A DNA stretch of 64,000 bases, taken from IMG/VR virus record IMGVR_UViG_3300043446_004167, positions 3,945 to 67,944 of that record, one strand, 5' to 3'. The notes beneath the pieces were generated by a model that saw only the letters and a program-made list of their open reading frames with translations, made no database searches and was not told the DNA's origin. Source of the DNA: a virus. Positions 8,208 through 17,047 of the stretch are shown piece by piece. Each line of letters starts with the position of its first letter. Position 1 is the stretch's first letter. Made by a program: the position numbers and the translations under genes.

Positions 8208-9917
8208 TTATTGAATTTTAGTAAATCCATTAACTTTTTTAACTTCTAATACTCTTTCAAATTTATCGTCATATCCATCCCTGTGTGAAATAATCAGAAC
8301 GTTCGAATCCTTTACAATATAATTTATAATTTTTAACATATCCTCAATCCCAGTGCTATCCAAAGAACTATCTAAAGTCTCATCGAAGAACATAATATTA
8401 CAATTAACTGAGTTCTTGAGTCTTGCAATATCCCTCCAAGCTAGTAAAAGACTTAGATTAATTCTTTGTTTCTCTCCTTCGGAAAAAGAACCATATGAAT
8501 AATTTTCGTGAATTGGTGTATTAATAGTCTCCTTAAACTCACCATCTAATTGAAAATTAATATACAAGTCCATCATTTGAAGATACTTATTAATTTGAGT
8601 GTTCATTACTGGTAAGTAATTTTCAATAATCTTAGATTTAACTCCAGTATCCTTCATCAAAATATGAGAAAATTTTAAATACTCTAATGATTCATTATAT
8701 GAAGATTGCATTTTCTCCAATTTTCTCAAATTAGAAATTAACTTCTTTAACCTTTTAATACCATCATCTTGGGTTTCTATTTTATTTTTAATTTCTTCTA
8801 TTTCTTTATGAATACTTTTAATTTGCTTATTCTTTATGCTGATTTTACTTTGATTGTTTGATAAATTTGAATTTATATTAGTAATTTCTTTTGACAATTT
8901 AATAAATTCATTCTCTCGTTCTTCTTCTCTTTTGATATCTTCATATATTTGAGCCTCCCCCTGTACTAATTCATCTAAAGTTTTCTGTAGAGAAATGAAT
9001 TTATTTTTTCGAAAATCTTCATCTACAGTTTGTGTGCAAGTAGGACAAACAGTATTATTTTCGAAAAAAAATACTTCCTCTTTTATTGTAGATGTTTTTT
9101 GTTGGAGCTTTCCATATATTCCTAAAAATTGTTTTAACTTTTTAGGGATGTAAGATAGTTTTTCTAAATCTGAATTTAATTCAAGTAAAGTATCTTGAAG
9201 TTTTGAATTTAATTCAATAAGATTGTCGGTTTCTTCTGATAGTGAATTTAGTTCTATTTGTTTTCTTTCTATCATTTCAGAACCAGAACTTCTTATTATT
9301 TCAATATGTTCTTTTTCACTTTCTATTAAATCCTTAATTGATTTTTTCTGAAGATCTATTTCTCTTATATCGCTCTCTAGATTTCTAATTTTATCTTTTA
9401 AAACTAGATTCATTGCAGAAAATATTTTTATGTCAAGAAGTTCTTCAACTAAGTCTCTCCGCTCTGAGGAGGATAATTCCATAAAAGGAACATAATTTGT
9501 ACTTCCAAGAACAACAACTTGCATAAATGTCTTATAAGACATTTTTAAAATATTTTGCTCTAGATATTTTTGTTGATCCTTAACTGCAGATAGTTCATCT
9601 TGTAATTTATCATTTACATAAATTTCAAAGATATTTGGAGAAATTCCTCTGCGAATTTTATAGCTCTTATTACTTACGGTGAAAGAGATTTCAACCAAAC
9701 AATCCTTCTTATTCACACTATTAACTAATTGTTTTTTTGTAACACCTCTATTGGATTTACCATAAAGACCGAATATAAGAGCAGTAATAAGCAAACTCTT
9801 GCCCTGCCCATTTGCTCCTCTTAAGATTGTAGTTTTATGGCTGTTTAAAGTAACTTCAATAAATTGATTTCCAGCGGAAAGTATATTTTTATATTTTATT
9901 TTTTCAAAATAAAGCAT
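8208..9917 (-). CDS. gp46: recombination endonuclease subunit (Rad50/SbcC-like)
   Basis: Walker A GANGQGKS, CPTC zinc hook, FSEGEK signature, FFDE..DSSLD. Confidence 0.95.
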   Translation of the reverse strand: MLYFEKIKYKNILSAGNQFIEVTLNSHKTTILRGANGQGKSLLITALIFGLYGKSNRGVTKKQLVNSVNKKDCLVEISFTVSNKSYKIRRGISPNIFEIYVNDKLQDELSAVKDQQKYLEQNILKMSYKTFMQVVVLGSTNYVPFMELSSSERRDLVEELLDIKIFSAMNLVLKDKIRNLESDIREIDLQKKSIKDLIESEKEHIEIIRSSGSEMIERKQIELNSLSEETDNLIELNSKLQDTLLELNSDLEKLSYIPKKLKQFLGIYGKLQQKTSTIKEEVFFFENNTVCPTCTQTVDEDFRKNKFISLQKTLDELVQGEAQIYEDIKREEERENEFIKLSKEITNINSNLSNNQSKISIKNKQIKSIHKEIEEIKNKIETQDDGIKRLKKLISNLRKLEKMQSSYNESLEYLKFSHILMKDTGVKSKIIENYLPVMNTQINKYLQMMDLYINFQLDGEFKETINTPIHENYSYGSFSEGEKQRINLSLLLAWRDIARLKNSVNCNIMFFDETLDSSLDSTGIEDMLKIINYIVKDSNVLIISHRDGYDDKFERVLEVKKVNGFTKIQ

Positions 9918-9918
9918 A

Positions 9919-10173
9919 TTATCTAGGAGGGATTAAAAATTCATCTGGCTGAATTACCACATATCGATAATTATAATGCTTACAAGCTTTTATTGCAATA
10001 TCTTTTTCAATCTCTACAATCCTCATTGGAGGATAATCATCAGCTTCCAGTAATCCTAAGTATCTTTCAGCATCATCCTCCTCCTCAAAAAAATAAATTA
10101 CTTTTAGACCATATTCATCTTCAATTGCAAAAGCGCCAGTATTTGTATCATCATCGGACGAAAGCATATACAT
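9919..10173 (-). CDS. conserved hypothetical protein between gp47 and gp46
   Basis: FEEEDDAERY..LLEADDYP motif; tightly packed in the operon. Confidence 0.7.
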   Translation of the reverse strand: MYMLSSDDDTNTGAFAIEDEYGLKVIYFFEEEDDAERYLGLLEADDYPPMRIVEIEKDIAIKACKHYNYRYVVIQPDEFLIPPR

Positions 10174-10176
10174 TGT

Positions 10177-11229
10177 TCAAATCTCCATTTCTAAAGCCTC
10201 CTTATAAACATCGTGTAGAATTTTATGAACATTATCCTTGTTCAGATTAAAATCAGATTGTTGAATATATTTATTTAATATTGTTAATGTATCTTCACAA
10301 TCAATTTCTGATATATTCACATAATCATCATTTATATCCAAAGTATCAACAATTTTTAAATCAATAATATCTTGCTTCAATACTTCATTAATAAAAGATT
10401 CGTAATTACTTTGATTTGTTTTTTTCTTGATGACTATTTTAACATTTTTATTATTAAGAGATGAGTAATCAAAATCTTTAGTATTCAAGTCTGAATAGTA
10501 AACTCTTTTGTAGATTTCAAATGGATTCTGAATAAATTCCATTTCATATGTCTCTGTATCAAAGATAGTAAACCCTCTTTTGTCATCGACATCTGACCAA
10601 TACATTTGATATGGATTGCCTAGATAAAATATTTTACCGTCATCGCTTTTTGTGTGGTAATGACCAGAAAACACTCTATCAAATTTTTGAAACATCTCTT
10701 TCGACTGTCCGTGTTTCTGAACCATTCCAGGAAATAAAGTAAACCCACTAAGCTCCAAATGCCCAAAAACAACTTTAGAATTTGTATTCTGAATTAATTC
10801 TAAAGTTTCTTTTTGATTTTCTTTACATATCCAAGGAACAAACAAGCATTTTAAATTATCTAATATGTGTTCCTCTGCTTTTGAAATACGAGTAATATTT
10901 GAATAATCCCGAAGCAGAGTGTCAATGGCATTATATCTATTGGTATTTTTTAACTCAACATCGTGATTACCACAAATTTGATATAATGAAATATTTAAGT
11001 CTCTTAGCCTATCATAGAATACTCTGTGTGCCCACTCTAAGCCCCAATAATCAATTCCTTTTCGATTATCAAATGCATCTCCCATATGAATGACACAATC
11101 GATTCTACGGTCTTCTAGAGTAGGGAAGAATACATTGGAATAAAACTTTTCAAAATAGTCGTGATATATTTTATTTGATTTTTTAAACGAAAAATGAGTA
11201 TCAGTAAGAATTGAAATCTTCATAGTCAA
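10177..11229 (-). CDS. gp47: recombination endonuclease subunit (Mre11/SbcD-like)
   Basis: Metallophosphoesterase motifs DTH, GD.FD.R, GNHD, GH.E, SGHYH. Confidence 0.95.
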   Translation of the reverse strand: MTMKISILTDTHFSFKKSNKIYHDYFEKFYSNVFFPTLEDRRIDCVIHMGDAFDNRKGIDYWGLEWAHRVFYDRLRDLNISLYQICGNHDVELKNTNRYNAIDTLLRDYSNITRISKAEEHILDNLKCLFVPWICKENQKETLELIQNTNSKVVFGHLELSGFTLFPGMVQKHGQSKEMFQKFDRVFSGHYHTKSDDGKIFYLGNPYQMYWSDVDDKRGFTIFDTETYEMEFIQNPFEIYKRVYYSDLNTKDFDYSSLNNKNVKIVIKKKTNQSNYESFINEVLKQDIIDLKIVDTLDINDDYVNISEIDCEDTLTILNKYIQQSDFNLNKDNVHKILHDVYKEALEMEI

Positions 11230-11756
11230 TTATACTTAGAATAAACTAAATCTTTAATTGAGTTATACTCAAAAGAATTGACATCATCATCTACAAAAAA
11301 TACTTCATCATATAATGTTTTTTCTAAAATTTTATCAGCAATTTCTTTTTGTCTATTTTCTCTGTTTATTCTTCTCAAAAATGCAAAATATGAAATTTGA
11401 GTAAAATAAGCAAAAGGATTTTTCTTCTTGCCCGTTTTAGGATTTACATAATCAGGATCAAAATTATAAAGATATAAAATTGAATTTTCAACTGCATCCA
11501 TAATCATATCTTCTCTGGATGAGTAGTTTGCAAATTTAGGAAGGTAAGATAAATGAGTAGCAATTTTTAAAAGACACTCTCCAATGTATTTTGGTATCTC
11601 TGGTCTTCCTTCCCAATCATCAGTATTTTTGGGATATGCTCCATACTTAATAAAGTAGTTCTCCTTAGCGTCCTCCCAACTTCTTTTATATTTTACCATT
11701 GCATCATAAAATTCTTTATTATTTACATAATGTTCAATTTTATCTCTTTTTTTCAT
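11226..11756 (-). CDS. gp55: late-transcription sigma factor
   Basis: HYVNNKEFY, YIGEC.LKIA..LS, NPFAYFTQI.YFAFLRRI. Confidence 0.95.
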   Translation of the reverse strand: MKKRDKIEHYVNNKEFYDAMVKYKRSWEDAKENYFIKYGAYPKNTDDWEGRPEIPKYIGECLLKIATHLSYLPKFANYSSREDMIMDAVENSILYLYNFDPDYVNPKTGKKKNPFAYFTQISYFAFLRRINRENRQKEIADKILEKTLYDEVFFVDDDVNSFEYNSIKDLVYSKYN

Positions 11757-11784
11757 TTTTTTAATTTGACGTGTGAATTGACCA

Positions 11785-11814
11785 ATTTTACTATTTAAAT
11801 ATCATCTAAGTCAA
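11785..11814 (-). promoter_or_regulatory. sigma70-type promoter for gp55-47-46
   Basis: TTGACT-N18-TAAAAT upstream of gp55. Confidence 0.6.
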
Positions 11815-11839
11815 ATTAAATAATGAGTAACATTACTTA

Positions 11840-11868
11840 TTGACAAACATCTAAAAGATACATATAAT
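11840..11868 (+). promoter_or_regulatory. perfect-consensus sigma70 promoter with no downstream plus-strand ORF
   Basis: TTGACA-N17-TATAAT, divergent from the gp55 promoter. Confidence 0.7.
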
Positions 11869-11972
11869 CCTTCTGTCACTGAAGGAAATATTATATCTAT
11901 AAGATCTATAGGACTTAGATATTTAAAGAGCAAAATTTAAGCATAGTCCGAAGGACATTCTCCGAAGGAGAA

Positions 11973-12386
11973 TCAATCTGTTTTGCTGTGAGATTCTTTT
12001 GAGTGATAAAGCTTTTCAAACATCTCTCTCGCTTCATCTACCTTTATAATATTTTTAGGTCTAGAATTAGATTTATTTGAATAGTCTACTCCAAAGATTT
12101 CACCAACATATTGCTTATGAATAGCAACAATAGATTTATCTTTAACTTCTGTCATTGTCATTATATCTTTTCTACGAATGATATGAGTTGTATCGGAACT
12201 CAAAGATAACCAAGGTGTAACTTTGACAAATGGAGTTCTATTTTTTGAAGATAATCCCATATTTACAATAATAGGATTATCTAAAACAATCATAACTTCA
12301 TCGTTTTCTATAAATGCACATACTTTTGCTAATATCTCTTCTCCTGAGACCAACTTAAGAATCGAATAAAATATATCATTTGTCAT
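11973..12386 (-). CDS. conserved hypothetical protein (Sm-like fold candidate) downstream of uvsW
   Basis: LKLVSGEEILAKV...PW pattern; overlaps the uvsW stop. Confidence 0.7.
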   Translation of the reverse strand: MTNDIFYSILKLVSGEEILAKVCAFIENDEVMIVLDNPIIVNMGLSSKNRTPFVKVTPWLSLSSDTTHIIRRKDIMTMTEVKDKSIVAIHKQYVGEIFGVDYSNKSNSRPKNIIKVDEAREMFEKLYHSKESHSKTD

Positions 12387-13875
12387 TTATACTCACCTCC
12401 TTTTTTGCTTTGAAATTAATTTTAAATAATTGATAATTAAATAATTCTTCGGAGTAAATTTTAATTCTTTCAATGAGATGATTTAAAGTATAATTTTTTT
12501 TAGATTTATATGTAATATCATCAGCAATATCATACAAAATCGCTTTATTTTTACTTGAAGATTTACGAAGAATACGACCAATACTTTGTAAACTACGAAT
12601 TTTAGATTTAGTAGGACTTGCAAATATTAGATTGTGAAGATTACGAATTGAAACTCCTGTGCTGAAAACTCCATATGAAGCTACTATAATTGCGTTATTT
12701 TCTAATTCAGTAATTTCACGAATTCTTTCTCTTTGTTCAGTATCAACACCACCATAAACAAAGAATACTTTTCTTTTTTCACCCTCAGAATTATTTATAA
12801 GATCGTAAATAATCTGACCGTGAGTTTCAACACGAGAATATAATATCAAAGTATTTCCACTTAAATCTAAAGCCAAGTTCTTGATAAAATTATTTCTTTT
12901 TTCGTGAGTAATTAAATACTGAATTTCTTCTTCATATGTATTAAATTCCTTACCGTCGTGTTTAAGTATAATTATTTGAATTTCGAGCTTAGCGATGTTT
13001 CCTTTCTCCATCAGCTCATTTGTACGAATGACCTTGTAGATAGGGCTAAAAAGCCCTTCTAGAGTCCATATATGAACCTTCTCAGGTTGAGTAGTACCTG
13101 TAAATCCAAAACGATATTTTGTATCACACATCTTATTCAAAATTCCTTGAATTGATGATGAGACACTTGCGTGGCATTCGTCTACAATAACTACATCATA
13201 TTGACTAAAATACTTGTTATCTAATTTATTTAAACTTTGATATGTGGAAACAATTACTGGTTTATCTGATGTTTTCTCATAACCAGAGTATATCTGATGT
13301 ACAAGCTCAGAAGAATTCCATCCGTAGTCATCAAAATCTTTACTTAATTGAGAGCACAGTGAAGTTCTAGGTACAATAATTAAAACTTTGAGACCTTTTT
13401 CTACATAATATCGACATATTGAGTAAATACACATTGATTTACCAGAAGAAGTTGGAGAAACTAAAAGCTTTCTGTTATGTCGAAGCGCCTGATATACGGC
13501 ATCTACTTGATAATCTCTAAGCTCAAAGTTTGACGAAATGATTCTTTGCATATAGGCTTTAACCCCATCTTTTGAAATCATTTCATTCTCTTCATAGGGG
13601 AGTCCATAATATTCACTATTTTCAAATGAATATGTATATCCGTGAGCTTCAATTTTCTCAATTAAGCGGTCTAGAAGCCCAACATAAATTTCTTTTGTAT
13701 GTAAATTTAATAGATTAATAATTCCATTCCAACCTTTATATCTTTTACTTCTCATAAATTTTGCTTGCTCCACTTCAAATTGAAAATAAGGAGCAAGTTC
13801 ATATAAAATATGAGGCTCACAAGTTAATTTAAGATAAACTTCATTCTTTTTACTAATAATTACATCATATTTCAT
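12376..13875 (-). CDS. uvsW: RNA-DNA/DNA helicase UvsW
   Basis: LRDYQ, SPTSSGKS, DECH, GFTGT, LQSIGR.LR. Confidence 0.95.
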   Translation of the reverse strand: MKYDVIISKKNEVYLKLTCEPHILYELAPYFQFEVEQAKFMRSKRYKGWNGIINLLNLHTKEIYVGLLDRLIEKIEAHGYTYSFENSEYYGLPYEENEMISKDGVKAYMQRIISSNFELRDYQVDAVYQALRHNRKLLVSPTSSGKSMCIYSICRYYVEKGLKVLIIVPRTSLCSQLSKDFDDYGWNSSELVHQIYSGYEKTSDKPVIVSTYQSLNKLDNKYFSQYDVVIVDECHASVSSSIQGILNKMCDTKYRFGFTGTTQPEKVHIWTLEGLFSPIYKVIRTNELMEKGNIAKLEIQIIILKHDGKEFNTYEEEIQYLITHEKRNNFIKNLALDLSGNTLILYSRVETHGQIIYDLINNSEGEKRKVFFVYGGVDTEQRERIREITELENNAIIVASYGVFSTGVSIRNLHNLIFASPTKSKIRSLQSIGRILRKSSSKNKAILYDIADDITYKSKKNYTLNHLIERIKIYSEELFNYQLFKINFKAKKEVSINDK

Positions 13876-14303
13876 TAATTATACCCCGCTGTGAACTTCA
13901 TAAATTCTATACTGTTTTTAATAACAAAAGTGCGATTTTCTATACTTTTAATGATACTCTCAATATACTTGACCATTAATTGATAATAATCAATTTTAGT
14001 TTTTGATTTTATCAATTCAACATCTGCATTCAAATAGATATCTAAATCTGATTTCATTACACGATGGTCAAATGGTTTTTCTTTATAGACTTCTGGACTT
14101 GCTTTTCCTGAATAATACAACCATTTCTCTTTTTGTAACTCTAAAAATTTATTCTCTTCTATCTTTTTAAGTAGTGTTATGTTATTATAAATTTCATAAT
14201 ATTTTGAATGAAGAGTTGGTATCCTTAAACTTTCTAAATGTAAATTATCTGGATCTATTTTTGAGTCTTCATTCCATAATTTTTCAATTTCATTTATGTT
14301 CAT
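13875..14303 (-). CDS. uvsY: recombination mediator UvsY
   Basis: W..DSKID...L..ESL.IP.LHSKY...R.F.IKN.IEFMKF.AG. Confidence 0.92.
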   Translation of the reverse strand: MNINEIEKLWNEDSKIDPDNLHLESLRIPTLHSKYYEIYNNITLLKKIEENKFLELQKEKWLYYSGKASPEVYKEKPFDHRVMKSDLDIYLNADVELIKSKTKIDYYQLMVKYIESIIKSIENRTFVIKNSIEFMKFTAGYN

Positions 14304-14308
14304 AAATT

Positions 14309-14857
14309 TTAATCGGAAACTCTCATTATATCATAAATTGTGTATTTGAAAACTACATCTGCAGTTGCATATTTAACATCGGTATCGGTAGAATCAAATT
14401 GAATAGAACTTAATGATACTGGAAATAGATCTTTAAAGTTTACTTTTAAATTTGCATTATAGTTACTATTGTAAATAATCAAAGTACCATCAGACATTCC
14501 AGATATTGCATTCTGTTTGCCATTACTATTTTCATCTTCATTTAGAAGTTGTTGATACTGTCCAAAATCTCTTGGAAACCCAAATTGACATAACCAATTC
14601 CAAACTTCCAAATAATTTTCCATATCTTCATCTACCATAAAACGAATTGCTAAATCTTCAAATGATAGAACATCTCCTGGAACTGGAAGCATCTTCAATG
14701 GAGTGGCTTGCATTGCAACTCCTAAATTAATTCCTGGAATATTTGCAGAATTACAAAAGAAATCTATTTTTGGTTTTTTTTGTAAAGTGAATTTAAATCC
14801 AATTGTAGATAAAAAATTACGATTTTGAATTTGTTTTTGATATGGATTTGTACTCAT
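14309..14857 (-). CDS. gp3: tail completion / sheath stabilizer
   Basis: NRNFLS..GFKF, F.VDEDMENY.E..NW, F.DLFP.SLS. Confidence 0.9.
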   Translation of the reverse strand: MSTNPYQKQIQNRNFLSTIGFKFTLQKKPKIDFFCNSANIPGINLGVAMQATPLKMLPVPGDVLSFEDLAIRFMVDEDMENYLEVWNWLCQFGFPRDFGQYQQLLNEDENSNGKQNAISGMSDGTLIIYNSNYNANLKVNFKDLFPVSLSSIQFDSTDTDVKYATADVVFKYTIYDIMRVSD

Positions 14858-14879
14858 TATTCCTAAAAGGTGGTTAAAT

Positions 14880-14897
14880 TATTTATTTTTATAAATA
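14880..14897. promoter_or_regulatory. back-to-back T4-type late promoters
   Basis: AATAAATA on minus (14880-14887, towards gp3) and TATAAATA on plus (14890-14897, towards the 162-aa ORF). Confidence 0.6.
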
Positions 14898-14916
14898 AAG
14901 TAAACTATTATTTTTT

Positions 14917-15405
14917 ATGGATAATTTAAATTTTAAAAATCTACAACTCTCATATCAAGCTGTCTATGATGAGACTCTTTGTGAGTCTATGGATGAGCTT
15001 GGACTTTTTGGTGAATATGATTATATTGATGAAGCAATGGCTGAAGGTCCTCGTAAGCAAAAAATGATAGCAAAGCAATTTGATCCACACGTTTCTGCTA
15101 AAGATCGTGCTACTGCTTTTAATGTTGGAGTTCGTGATGACCGTCCTCGCGATAAAAAGTCAACAGGAGGTAAAGGTGCAAGATTTTCTGATTATGGAGA
15201 TAGAGGTGCTGGTAACAAAGCACGTCGCAGAGCTGGATTAGCTCCTTTAAGAGGGAATACTAGAAATGAAGAAGTAGAACTATATGAACTAATCCTATCT
15301 CATCTTCTTGATGAGGGTTATACTGATAATCTAGAAAGTGCTATTGCAATTGTAGAAAATATGAGTGATGAATGGATTCAAGATATTGTTGAAAACAAAT
15401 TATGA
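14917..15405 (+). CDS. late hypothetical protein with a LILSHLLDEGY...NMSDEW C-terminal domain
   Basis: Has its own late promoter and terminator; acidic ends around a basic Gly/Arg middle. Confidence 0.75.
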   Translation: MDNLNFKNLQLSYQAVYDETLCESMDELGLFGEYDYIDEAMAEGPRKQKMIAKQFDPHVSAKDRATAFNVGVRDDRPRDKKSTGGKGARFSDYGDRGAGNKARRRAGLAPLRGNTRNEEVELYELILSHLLDEGYTDNLESAIAIVENMSDEWIQDIVENKL

Positions 15406-15428
15406 TTTAATTCACTAAAAGTGAGTAT

Positions 15429-15454
15429 AAAGCTCCTTAAATAGGAGCTTTTTT
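15429..15454 (+). terminator. intrinsic terminator
   Basis: AAAGCTCCT-taaat-AGGAGCTTT followed by a T-run. Confidence 0.75.
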
Positions 15455-15455
15455 A

Positions 15456-15484
15456 TTGACATAAATTTTTATATGTTCTATCCT
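15456..15484 (+). promoter_or_regulatory. possible sigma70 promoter for the endonuclease gene
   Basis: TTGACA-N17-TATCCT. Confidence 0.45.
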
Positions 15485-15505
15485 ATTTTTAAATAAAAGG
15501 TATAA

Positions 15506-16999
15506 ATGAAACTAAAAGAATTTATTCAAGAAAATTGGGAAAAATCTAAATTTATATCTTTATCTTTAAACAAAGATAAAGTAAAAATTATAAAGGATAA
15601 TACTCTTTTTTTAGATTCTTTATATCCAAAGGTTCCACTTCGAACTAGAGCTTATGTTATTATTAATGATATAACTGAAAGTAGTCTACCTCGTTGCAAA
15701 TGTGGAAAGTATGCAGCAATTAATACTACTCACTCTGAACAAGGATTTCGAAAATACTGCGGACCAGAATGCTCTAGATGTGATAAGACTATTGATAAGA
15801 ATATTTTAAATACTCTTGATGATTATGAGTTCCTATATCAAGAAAAGATCATAGACCAAAAATCTATAGAACAAATTGCAGAAGAGCTTAAAATTTCCAT
15901 TACTCCTGTAATAAAGTATTTAAAAAAGTATAATCTCTATCAATTAAATGATGCTCGAAGACGCAACACTAAAGCTAATTCTTTGTTATCTGATAGAGAC
16001 GAACTTATAAATCTTTATAGCAATAACACTTTAGATGAAATCGCAAAAACTGTAGGTACTACTAAAGCCACGGTTTCTAGGTGGTTTAAAATCCATCAAA
16101 TTGAAACAAAGCCCTCAAACTCATATGAAAGAAAAATTAAAAAAATATCAAATGAGGAAAATAGTTTATATGAATATGTAAGTTCAGTTTATAACGGAGA
16201 AATACAGCAATCTAATAGAAGCATATTAAATGGCAAAGAATTAGATATTTACATTCCCGAGCAAAAAATTGCAATTGAATATAATGGATTATTCAGCCAT
16301 CACTATAGACCTTGGGAAGATAAAGTAGGATTAAAGAAAGACTCAAATTATCATTTAAATAAAACTATTGAATGTGATAAAAATGGAATTCAACTATTAC
16401 AATTTTATAGTGATGAGTGGAATTTAAAAAGGGTTATAATTCAGAATATTATAAAATCTAAATTAAATTTAAATAAAAAAATATATGCTCGTAGTTGTGA
16501 AATTATAGAAGTTGATAGATATTCTAAAAATTCCTTTTTAAATGAATATCACCTTCAAGGTGAAGATAAAAGTTCAATTAAATTAGGACTTGTATATAAA
16601 AATAATATAATTGCAATTATGACATTTGCAAAATCTAGATTTAATAAACATTATGATTGGGAATTAACTCGCTATTGTGTAAAAGGTGGTATTAGTGTTA
16701 CTGGGGGATTTAGTAAATTATTAACTTACTTTAAAACTCAATATAAAGGTTCCATCATATCTTATGCAGATAGAAGATATTCAAATGGTAATGTGTATTT
16801 AAAAAATGGTTTTAATTTAATTCACATCAATACACCCTCTTATTATTATGTGGACAAGAACTTTTTAAGAAGAGTTAATAGGATGAATTTTCAAAAGAAA
16901 AATATTGGTGCTTATGAATGTACTGAATATGAAAAAGCAAGAGAAATGGGGTTTGAAAAAATATGGGATTGTGGTTCGTTAGCTTTTGGGTTGTCATAA
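15506..16999 (+). CDS. Hef-like free-standing endonuclease (Zn finger, 2 HTH, Vsr-like nuclease, GNAT/Mom-like domain)
   Basis: CKCG...YCGPECS; two HTH-like segments; ELDIYIPE.KIAIEYNG...H; HLQG...WELTRYC...GGFSKLL...ISYADRRYS.G..Y...IWDCG. Confidence 0.75.
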   Translation: MKLKEFIQENWEKSKFISLSLNKDKVKIIKDNTLFLDSLYPKVPLRTRAYVIINDITESSLPRCKCGKYAAINTTHSEQGFRKYCGPECSRCDKTIDKNILNTLDDYEFLYQEKIIDQKSIEQIAEELKISITPVIKYLKKYNLYQLNDARRRNTKANSLLSDRDELINLYSNNTLDEIAKTVGTTKATVSRWFKIHQIETKPSNSYERKIKKISNEENSLYEYVSSVYNGEIQQSNRSILNGKELDIYIPEQKIAIEYNGLFSHHYRPWEDKVGLKKDSNYHLNKTIECDKNGIQLLQFYSDEWNLKRVIIQNIIKSKLNLNKKIYARSCEIIEVDRYSKNSFLNEYHLQGEDKSSIKLGLVYKNNIIAIMTFAKSRFNKHYDWELTRYCVKGGISVTGGFSKLLTYFKTQYKGSIISYADRRYSNGNVYLKNGFNLIHINTPSYYYVDKNFLRRVNRMNFQKKNIGAYECTEYEKAREMGFEKIWDCGSLAFGLS

Positions 17000-17022
17000 A
17001 AAAAGGGACCCAAAGGTCCCTT
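16998..17022 (-). terminator. intrinsic terminator after gp23
   Basis: AAGGGACC-tttg-GGTCCCTT followed by a T-run on the minus strand. Confidence 0.85.
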
Positions 17023-17047
17023 GAACATTCCAGTTAAAAATTGGATA

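Noticed and set aside
15506-15532. MKLKEFIQE start of the Hef-like nuclease as a capsid-targeting leader
   Set aside because: The match is short and imperfect, and the gene has a sigma70-like rather than a clear late promoter.
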